Source: Methanothrix sp.
GTDB lineage: Archaea; Halobacteriota; Methanosarcinia; Methanotrichales; Methanotrichaceae
DNA length: 64,000 bases
Direction: 5' to 3'
Assembly (NCBI GenBank): GCA_963682135.1
Contig: OY821645.1
Location: forward strand, 2,240,001-2,304,000
Shown here one piece after another: positions 32,183 to 41,000 of the stretch. How positions within the stretch are numbered: the stretch's first letter is position 1; each line of letters starts with the position of its first letter. The position numbers were made by a program, and so were the translations under genes. The notes below the pieces were generated by a model, which was not told the DNA's origin, did not search any database, and worked only from the letters and a program-made list of their open reading frames with translations.

Positions 32183-32280
32183 TGCCAGCATAAAGACGGT
32201 TCCATCGCCGCTGACCACGATCGTCTGGCGGACATCGATCACAGTTACCTTTAAGTCGCAAGAGAGCAGAAAAAGTGCTG

Positions 32281-32727
32281 ATGGCATTTTCCGATGATCG
32301 GCAGGGGATGAACAAGAACATCCTGGTCAAGACCATTCAGACCATGAACCAGCACCTGCCCACTAAGCGACTCAATTTGGCAGAACTGATGACCATGGAA
32401 AAGCCCGGCGTCAAGGGAAAAGATAATACATTTTTTATCATAGACAAGGCCGAGCTGAATCTGATCTCAGAGAGCCTGCCCCGGTTTCTCTGGAGCCGTC
32501 TGAGACTGCCCATGCTAATTGAGATGTCTCCGGACTACGGCAACGGCGCCGCCCGGGTGCAGGGCGAACCGGAGGTGGAGCTGGTAGCCAAGATCCTGGG
32601 CAAGGAGAGGCCGCATGAAAGGCAGATAATAATCTATCTTCCTGAGGTAAGGGAGCTACGACGAAAGCTTCCCACCACCACGCAGTATGCTTTTGTAACC
32701 AATCTTCGGGAGAGAATAGGAGACTGA
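32281..32727 (+). CDS. DUF61/UPF0216 family protein
   Basis: MNQHLPTKR.NLAELM, LRLPMLIE, LRRKLPTTTQYAF. Confidence 0.8.
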   Translation: MAFSDDRQGMNKNILVKTIQTMNQHLPTKRLNLAELMTMEKPGVKGKDNTFFIIDKAELNLISESLPRFLWSRLRLPMLIEMSPDYGNGAARVQGEPEVELVAKILGKERPHERQIIIYLPEVRELRRKLPTTTQYAFVTNLRERIGD

Positions 32728-32762
32728 TAGGTTCTTATTCATCAGGCACTAATAGTAATCTC

Positions 32763-33314
32763 ATGGCTGATAGTAAGCTGGCCGAAGGCGCGAAGCTTTT
32801 CGCCATAAAGATGAACCTGGGTGCCTACCAGGAGGCGGCCAAGATCAAGTCTGATTTCGGCCTGCCCAATGATATGCTGGCGGGTGCGGTTCGCACGGCC
32901 TACGACGTCAATATGAAGAAAGGCGAATACTCCCTGGCTGCCGATCTGGCCAAGAAGTACGATCTTTCCGAGGATCTGCGCCTGGATGCGGCTGAGCGCT
33001 CTTTTGACCGAAAGATCGACAGCGAGTTTTATCGAGCGGCTGCCGATTATGCCAAAGAGTACGGCCTTTCCCAGGATCTCGTCCGGCAGGCTGCCGTTCA
33101 GGCTTATAATAAGAGCATGAGCTTTGGTCTGGTCAAGAATGCGGCTGAGATCGCCAAGGAGTTTGAGCTTCCTCATGAGATGATGCTGCAAGCTGCCACC
33201 AGGTCATTTGATCAGCATATGAAGGCCGGCCTCTACCGCAAGGCACTCCAGATCGCTCAAAAGTACAAGCTTCCTATGGAAATGGAGGCTGCGGCTGAGA
33301 AGAAGATCTCCTGA
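32763..33314 (+). CDS. Hypothetical all-alpha repeat protein
   Basis: 183-aa ORF with internal repeats of about 34 aa (Y..AA..AK.Y.L). Confidence 0.75.
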   Translation: MADSKLAEGAKLFAIKMNLGAYQEAAKIKSDFGLPNDMLAGAVRTAYDVNMKKGEYSLAADLAKKYDLSEDLRLDAAERSFDRKIDSEFYRAAADYAKEYGLSQDLVRQAAVQAYNKSMSFGLVKNAAEIAKEFELPHEMMLQAATRSFDQHMKAGLYRKALQIAQKYKLPMEMEAAAEKKIS

Positions 33315-33339
33315 ATTATCCGGACGAAAAGGGATACAA

Positions 33340-34158
33340 ATGCAGCAACAAGTCGTGCTTACCATAGGCGGCTCCGACTCGGGCGGTGGGGCCGGCATCC
33401 AGGCGGACCTCAAGACATTCTGTGTGCTAAGGCTGCATGGCACCAGCGCCATCACCGCCATTACCGCCCAAAACACCCTGGGAGTGCAACGGGTGTTCGG
33501 CCTGGAACCAGAGATAGTAGTAGAGCAGCTGCGGTCGATCACCGATGATTTCTCCATCGCCTTTGCCAAGACCGGCATGCTTCACAGCGCCGAGATTGTC
33601 ATAGCTGTGGCCCGGCACCTGAGGATGAGGGATATTCCCTTCGTCCTGGACCCGGTAATTTCCGCGGAAGCGGGCGGAAGGCTGCTTCGTCCTGATGCCG
33701 TAGAGGCGCTAAAAGCGCATCTCATTGCGCGAGCCAATGTCGTAACACCCAATATCTTCGAGGCCCAGGCTCTGACGGGAATTGTTGTTCGCGATAGGGA
33801 GAGTTGCCATCAGGCTGCCCAGAAGATCTTAGAGCTCGGAGCGAAGGCGGTAATCATTAAGGGCGGACACCTGGACTATATCGATCTCCTGATGACCGAC
33901 AAAGAGGTCATCCTTTTGCCGGGTGAGAGGGTGAAGGGCGAAAACCACGGAGTGGGATGCACCTACTCTGCCGCATTAACCGCATTTCTCGCACGGGGTT
34001 GCTCCCTGAAAGAAGCAGCCCGCCAGGCCAAAGGGTTCGCAGAACGGGCGCTTCTGGGCAGCATGCGGGTGGGCAAGGGAGTGGGGCCGGTGAGCCAGGC
34101 GGCGGCTGCGGCAGCAGCGAATGGCAATGGCCATGAGCTTGGCCTTAGCATGCGATAA
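33340..34158 (+). CDS. thiD: Hydroxymethylpyrimidine/phosphomethylpyrimidine kinase
   Basis: IGGSDSGGGAGIQADLKT, TAQNT, KTGML, TPNIFEA, KGGH, HGVGCTYSAA. Confidence 0.95.
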   Translation: MQQQVVLTIGGSDSGGGAGIQADLKTFCVLRLHGTSAITAITAQNTLGVQRVFGLEPEIVVEQLRSITDDFSIAFAKTGMLHSAEIVIAVARHLRMRDIPFVLDPVISAEAGGRLLRPDAVEALKAHLIARANVVTPNIFEAQALTGIVVRDRESCHQAAQKILELGAKAVIIKGGHLDYIDLLMTDKEVILLPGERVKGENHGVGCTYSAALTAFLARGCSLKEAARQAKGFAERALLGSMRVGKGVGPVSQAAAAAAANGNGHELGLSMR

Positions 34159-34236
34159 GGACAACCCTGAGGACGGGAAGATATAAATTGGTGAGGCAAG
34201 GATGCACAAAGGATTGCTCTAGCTGGAGTGTTGATT

Positions 34237-34455
34237 ATGGGAAGTGTAAAACCTAGTTATATCAAGAATTTCGCAATGGATCTGTTGAGAACCTACGAAA
34301 GCTCATTTAGCCCCGACTTTGAACAAAACAAACTAAAAGTATCCGAGTATACCGACATCAAAAATAAGACCATACGGAATCGTGTGGCAGGATATATTTC
34401 TAATGTGATGCGGCAGAGACGCACTCGCCGAGGCGAGGTCGAGATTGATGTTTAA
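34237..34455 (+). CDS. rps17e: 30S ribosomal protein S17e
   Basis: MGSVKPSYIK...FS.DFEQNK......I.NK.IRNRVAGYI. Confidence 0.95.
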   Translation: MGSVKPSYIKNFAMDLLRTYESSFSPDFEQNKLKVSEYTDIKNKTIRNRVAGYISNVMRQRRTRRGEVEIDV

Positions 34456-35323
34456 AGGCGTGTTTCCTGCTATAATCACGCCGTTTTTAGAAGATGAGAG
34501 CTTAGATGAGGAGGGACTGAAGAAGAACATTAAGTACCTGAATAATACAGGTATAGCAGGTATTGTTCCCTGCGGCACAACTGGTGAGTCGGCCACATTA
34601 ACCTTTGAGGAGCATAAAAGGGTAGTGGAGATTGCTGTGGAATCCTCCAAAGTGCCGGTTATAGCTGGTACGGGTTCAAATAATACCCGCGAGGCTCTGG
34701 AGCTGACGCGCCATGCCGCCAAAGCAGGTGCATCTGCTGCTCTATTGATCACCCCTTACTACAATAAACCCAATGACAGGGGCATGTTCGAGCATTTCAA
34801 GACCGTCGCCGATAAGTGCGATATTCCCATTGTGCTCTATAATGTTCCCAAGAGAACCGGAATAGATCTCAAGCCGGAATTGGTCGCGAAGCTATCCAAG
34901 GTAAGGAACATCGTGGCCATAAAGGAGGCCAGCGGAAGCCTTTCTCAACAATCTCAGATTATCGAGCAGACCCGGGGCAGTGATTTTGTCGTTCTTTCGG
35001 GTGATGATGATCTGACTCTTCCTACCATGTCACTGGGCGCTCAGGGCGTCGTCTCAGTTGTGGCCAATGTGGCTCCCAGAAAGACGGTGGCCATGGTGGA
35101 CGCTATTTTGAAGGGCGACATGGAGAAAGCCAGGTCGCTGCACTATGAGCTTGCTCCACTGGTGCGAGCCATGTTCCTGGAGACCAATCCCATTCCGGTT
35201 AAGACGGCTCAAAGGTATCTGGGACTGGCCGGTGGACCGATGCGTCTTCCTCTGGCACCAATGGCTCCGGAGAAAGAGCTTATCTTAAAAGAGATACTCA
35301 ATCGGCTGGGCGAGAGAGCATGA
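34448..35323 (+). CDS. dapA: 4-hydroxy-tetrahydrodipicolinate synthase
   Basis: CGTTGES, TPYYNKP, LYNVPKRTG, IKEASG, SGDD, ETNPIPVK. Confidence 0.97.
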   Translation: MFKGVFPAIITPFLEDESLDEEGLKKNIKYLNNTGIAGIVPCGTTGESATLTFEEHKRVVEIAVESSKVPVIAGTGSNNTREALELTRHAAKAGASAALLITPYYNKPNDRGMFEHFKTVADKCDIPIVLYNVPKRTGIDLKPELVAKLSKVRNIVAIKEASGSLSQQSQIIEQTRGSDFVVLSGDDDLTLPTMSLGAQGVVSVVANVAPRKTVAMVDAILKGDMEKARSLHYELAPLVRAMFLETNPIPVKTAQRYLGLAGGPMRLPLAPMAPEKELILKEILNRLGERA

Positions 35324-36090
35324 CGAAGATCGCCATTACCGGTGCCCTGGGACGCATGGGCACTCTGGTCATCCAGGAAGCGGCCAAGGTTAAAAATATG
35401 CAGCTAGTGGCAGGACTAGATGCTATCGGGGCGGGGGCGACTCTCCCCGGCGGCATTATCGTTAGAGATGCCACAGAGCTGGAGTCGGTCTTGAGGGAGA
35501 GCAAACCGGATGTGATCATCGACTTTACCATCGCCAAAGCTGCGGTAAATAACGTATGCACGGCTGCGGGCCTTGGAATTGACCTCGTGGTGGGAACAAC
35601 CGGCTTTTCTGCTGAGCAGCATTCCCGGATGAAAGAAGCAATAGACGGCCATGTGGCCGCAGTCATAACGCCTAACTTCGCCCTGGGCGTAAATGTATTC
35701 TGGAAGCTGGTAGCCGATGCAGCGGCGGCACTCAGAGACTACGACATTGAGATCATTGAAGCTCATCACAATCAGAAGAAAGATGCCCCTAGCGGCACAG
35801 CTCTGGCCACAGTGCAGGCGATAAAGGCGGCTCTGGGCGAAAGAGAGGTCGTCTATGGCCGGGAAGGAGTCATGCCGCGAGGACGGGAGATTGGAGTACA
35901 TGCCGTGCGCGGTGGAGACATTGTAGGAGATCACACTGTGCTCCTGGCAGGAGCCGGCGAGCGGCTGGAGATAAAGCACCAGGCACATAGCAGAACCGCA
36001 TTTGCCAGCGGCGCCGTGCGGGCAGCAGATTGGGTAGCCGGCAAAGAACCCGGAATTTATACCATGGCTGACGTCCTAAAGTCGAGATGA
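35320..36090 (+). CDS. dapB: 4-hydroxy-tetrahydrodipicolinate reductase
   Basis: GALGRMG, IDFT, GTTGF, EAHHNQKKDAPSGTA, RGGDIVGDH. Confidence 0.97.
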   Translation: MTKIAITGALGRMGTLVIQEAAKVKNMQLVAGLDAIGAGATLPGGIIVRDATELESVLRESKPDVIIDFTIAKAAVNNVCTAAGLGIDLVVGTTGFSAEQHSRMKEAIDGHVAAVITPNFALGVNVFWKLVADAAAALRDYDIEIIEAHHNQKKDAPSGTALATVQAIKAALGEREVVYGREGVMPRGREIGVHAVRGGDIVGDHTVLLAGAGERLEIKHQAHSRTAFASGAVRAADWVAGKEPGIYTMADVLKSR

Positions 36091-36512
36091 ACCAACTTGC
36101 TAAGTCCAGCCGTAATCTAATTTTTGAAGGAAAGACGCTGGAGCCAGTCTCATTAGAGCGCAATATGGTCGGATTTTGCAGCAAATGCGACCGGGATCTG
36201 GAGAGCCTGGCATATCACTGTACAGAATCAAGATGGCTGGTCTGTGCTCACTGCAATAATGAGCACCTTATTCTGATGTGCTATGACAGGCAGTGGAACT
36301 GGCAGGGTGACTATGATCTGGAGATCTATACGGAAAAGGTTAGCATATCCTCTGTTGCCAAAGAGAAGCTGCAAGCGGTATTTACTCAAGCTGAGATCAG
36401 GGACATGATGGCCTGCCAGCAGGGCTTGCCCTACACCCGGCAAAACCTCTATCGGGCGCGGGCCAAGTATGAGAAATTCGAGAAGCTCTTCGGCATAGTG
36501 ATAGACGTCTAG
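36087..36512 (+). CDS. Hypothetical zinc-ribbon protein
   Basis: CSKC...C..C..H; VFT.AEIRDM..C....YTRQNLYRAR; overlaps dapB. Confidence 0.7.
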   Translation: MNQLAKSSRNLIFEGKTLEPVSLERNMVGFCSKCDRDLESLAYHCTESRWLVCAHCNNEHLILMCYDRQWNWQGDYDLEIYTEKVSISSVAKEKLQAVFTQAEIRDMMACQQGLPYTRQNLYRARAKYEKFEKLFGIVIDV

Positions 36513-36572
36513 CGATCAGATGTATAGAACTAGAGACTAAAAAAGAAAATATGTTGATTGGCAAGCTAATGG

Positions 36573-37427
36573 TTAAGCATTCTTGCTGCTTTCCACCAGT
36601 TCTTTAGTGGCGACAAAGCTTGCACCTTTGCCTGCAGCATATTCGACGAACTTCTTGTAGGCATCCAGGTATTCATCGAATCCAGAGACTGTATTTGTGA
36701 AGACCGCTACCATTGGCTCGCCCTTGCCAGCAGATTCATCGAATTTGCTGACCAGAAGATTATACCAATCGGTGCCGTTCAAGCCGGCATCTTTTGCCGT
36801 CATATCCTTCAAGATAACTTCTTGCACCACGCTCACAGGGACCACATAGAAGGCAGATCCGTTCATGAGATAGGGGCCCGTCTTGCCCTGGCTCTCCGGC
36901 ATTCCCACGTCATCTACCAGGTACAATATCGCCAGATCATCCAGAATCTTGTAGCTGCTCTGGTTAAAGGAATTGGGCACGGGCATGTAACCTGCTACCT
37001 TGAACTGCGTTCCACCGCAGATATAATCATCTTCAACATATCTCTTGGTCTTGCGAAGCCGGGCGTCCTGATCCTCAAAGGAGACCAATTCATCGCTTGC
37101 GCTCATGCCTCCCATCATCAGTTCATGATTGCTCTTGGAGCCGAGCATAGTGACATAGAGTGGATACACTTTATTGGCAATATCTCCCGTGACGGATATC
37201 GAGACGGCAAGTCCTCGGGAGTCAGCCTCATTGAGCAGGTTTGTGGTGGAGTTCATCTCCAAGTTCTCCTTTTCCGCCAGACTCTTACCCTCTGCCAGGG
37301 GGGATTGCTGCATATCAATAATCACATTCAAAACGCCTGATCCGCCCTCTGCTGCAACGACCGCAAAAAGTTGCTGGGCCATTAGTAAGGCCAGTCCTAC
37401 AAATAACAGCATTTTCTTTGGATACAT
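36573..37427 (-). CDS. Secreted protein, polysaccharide-deacetylase-like fold (probably degenerate)
   Basis: Signal peptide; ...SVTGDIA...NHELMMGG...QDARL pattern without a clear metal triad. Confidence 0.6.
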   Translation of the reverse strand: MYPKKMLLFVGLALLMAQQLFAVVAAEGGSGVLNVIIDMQQSPLAEGKSLAEKENLEMNSTTNLLNEADSRGLAVSISVTGDIANKVYPLYVTMLGSKSNHELMMGGMSASDELVSFEDQDARLRKTKRYVEDDYICGGTQFKVAGYMPVPNSFNQSSYKILDDLAILYLVDDVGMPESQGKTGPYLMNGSAFYVVPVSVVQEVILKDMTAKDAGLNGTDWYNLLVSKFDESAGKGEPMVAVFTNTVSGFDEYLDAYKKFVEYAAGKGASFVATKELVESSKNA

Positions 37428-38023
37428 TTTATATACACCTCTACAGTTTATTTTAAACATATTATGTGTTCAATTACGATATACTACAAATCTTCTAAAT
37501 TATTTGTGCTTTTCCTGCTAATAATACTTGTGGTTGTTCTTAATCATAATCATCGCGCACAAAATTTAATGAGAAATTAATATCATTACAATATCATCTA
37601 TTTTTGATCTGTACAAAATAAATATTAAACTTTTGTTTTGCGAATCACATACTGAATACACATAAAAATTGAAATTAAGAAGTTTGAATGACTGCCAGGA
37701 TAATAATAGTTGTAATTTGAATATCAATATATAAAATTAATAATTTTTGAAACTATGAGCTTAAGTTAAAATAGATAAGACTAAGACATGTTATATGGTT
37801 ATCAGGATCTGGTCTTTGACAGGATGTATCGAATGCTATTGCCTGCATCAATGAAGAAAGACAGAATGAAACAAGAATGAATTGCACCTATAGATATCAA
37901 TGAATGTTGGTAGTAATGATAATTATGGGATCTGTTTGAAAAAAACCAGATAGCAATAGGTGAGATGCCCCTGATCGGGATAACCGGATGCAAATCAAGA
38001 AATATGGATAGGAGGAAGGAACC

Positions 38024-41000
38024 ATGTCATATCGCAATAAGGCGATAGCTTTAGTAATGCTTTTATCGCTGGTTTACCTGCTGGCGGGATTGTCGCTGGG
38101 TGCAGTCGCAGCGCCGCCCAGCCTCACGATAAACCAGCTCGTAACCTCTGAACAGACTGTGACCCTTAAAGCTCCTTCAGGAGATTACTACTACCAATGG
38201 ACCGCTGATACTGGCGGCGCTACCATTGGTCAGGCGACGACGCAGAGTTTTTCGTTTAAAGCTCCCCTGGTAACTCAGGATGAGGGCTCGAAGGCGGTCA
38301 CAATCTCGCTATACATAAGAACCAAAGAAGGAGGTTGTGTCAACCAAACGAGCACCACGATCAATGTCTATTCCCTGCCGGTTTGCGGCATAAGCGGACC
38401 CATATCAGTTGGTCCCTATGAGACTGCCACATACAGTTATTCGGGTGGAACCAGCGGCAAAACGACATTCGTGTGGAATGTTGACGGCAAGAATATCGAT
38501 GGAGCCACCGGGCCAAGTGTTGCCATAGATTGGACCAAATACAGTCTTGTCAATCACACCATCGGCATGACATTGACCAAGGATTACTCTGATGTGGCCC
38601 CCGGTTCAACCAATCCGTTCCGCAGCATAAGCTGTACTTTCCAGACAAATGTGACTTACACCACCGGGATGCAGGTAACCAAGACCCCCTCGGCAGCTTT
38701 TGCAGCGGTAGGCCAGTCAGTTATCTATACCTACACGGTCCAAAATACAGGGACAATAGGCATAAACTCACTGACACTGAGCGATGACAAGCTTGGCACT
38801 CTTACGCCTGCTGCCAAGACGATCCTGCCAGGAGCATCTACAACTGCAACTGCGACCTATATCATAAAAGAGAGCGATCTGCCAGGACCTCTGACCAATA
38901 CAGTAACCGTATCTGGTGTCGAGGACAGAACCAACAAGCCGGTCAGTGCCAAAGCTAATGCTACCGTGGCTCTGACCTATAACGCAGCCTTAAATCTGAC
39001 CAAAGTGCCCTCCTCCGCCACCGCCAAGGTGGGAGATACGGTGACCTACAAGTTCACGGTTACAAATACCGGAAACGTCACAATAAAGGGCTTGAACCTG
39101 ACGGACGATAAGCTGGGAACCATAAAGACCGACAAGACTGAACTTGCTCCGGGAGCTGTTGCAACAGCTTCGGCAACCCATGTCGTATTGGAAAGCGATC
39201 TGCCCGGACCTCTGACCAACGTGGCCACCATAGAGGGCACAGATATCCAAGATCAACCGGTTACGGCGACGGCCACAGCATCGATTGCGCTGACCTACAC
39301 ATCCGGTCTGGCTGTGACTAAGAAGCCATCCTCCAATACTGCAAAAATTGGTGATACTGTAACTTACCAGTTCAGCGTAACGAACAACGGTACGGTCACC
39401 ATAAATGGATTGGCGCTCAATGATGACAAGCTGGGAATCATCACTCTGGACAAGGCATCTCTGCCACCAGGCGAGACCGCCACAGGATCGGCAACGCACA
39501 CCATCATCGAGACCGACCTGCCCGGCCCTCTGACCAATATCGCCACGGCCACAGGCACGGACAGCCAGGGAGTGGCAGTCACAGGCCAAGCAACCGCCGC
39601 GGTCCAGCTTACTTACACTTCCACTTTGCAGGTGACCAAGACTCCATCCACCACAAAGGCAAACGTGGGAGAGACCATAACCTACCAATTCCAGGTTAAG
39701 AACACTGGATCAGTCACTATCAATGCACTGGCTCTGAACGACGATAAGCTTGGGGGCGTCACTCTGGACAGGGAGTCCCTTCTGCCTGGCGAGAGTGCCA
39801 ACGGTACGGCAACACATGTCGTTGTAGAAGGCGATTTGCCCGGACCTCTGACCAATGTCGCCACAGCCACGGGAACAGACCGCCTGGGTACTACGGTTAC
39901 AACAACGGCTACGGCTACAGTCCAGCTTACCTATACCGCTGCTCTGCAGGTGACCAAGATTCCATCTGCGAACACGGCGGCAATCGGTGAGACTGTAACC
40001 TACCAGTACTCCATCGTGAACACTGGAAACGTAACCGTAAATGCTCTGACCCTGACGGATGACAAGCTCGGCGACATAACCCTCAATACCGCCCAGCTGG
40101 CTCCCGGCGGGACAGCCACGGGATCAGCGACGCACACCATCGTCGAGAAGGACCTGCCCGGACCTCTGACCAACATTGCAACGGCTAAAGCAACTGACAG
40201 CCAGAATAAGCCGGTTACAGCAACGGCAACGGCGACGGTCCAGCTTACCTACACGTCCAGCATGAGCGTGACCAAGGTGCCTTCAAGCACAACGGCCGGC
40301 GTGGGAGAACCGGTAACATACACCTACACCGTCAGTAACACGGGCACTATTAACATCACCGGGTTGTCTCTAAGCGACGACAAACTCGGCAAGATAACCA
40401 TAGACAGGACTTCACTGGCCCCCGGAGAGAGCGCAATCGGCACTATTACTTATACTGTGCTCGAAGGCGATCTGCCCGGACCGCTCACCAATATCGTAAC
40501 CGCTACGGCTACGGATAGCTTGAAGCAGCCGATTACTGCAACGGCTACCGCAACAGTTGCTCTGACCTATACGGCCAGCCTGGACGTTGCCAAGGTGCCT
40601 TCAAGCACAACCGCCGTCGTAGGAGAACAGGTAACATACACCTACACCGTTACCAACACGGGTAACGTAACCCTCAAAGGTCTGGCTCTGAGCGACGACA
40701 AGATCGGCACCATAACACCAGCCAAGACCACCATCGCTTCGGGAGAGACAACTACCGCAACGGGAACATACACCGTGCTCGAAGGCGATCTGCCCGGACC
40801 GCTCACTAACGTAGTCACAGTAACGGCCACGGACAGCCAGAACCAGCCGGTCACAAATACGGCAACAGCTACGGTCACCCTGACCTATACGGCCAGCATG
40901 AGCGTGACCAAGGTGCCTTCAAGCACAACAGCCGGCGTAGGAGAACAGGTAACATACACCTACACCGTAAAGAACACGGGTAATGTAACCCTCAATGCTC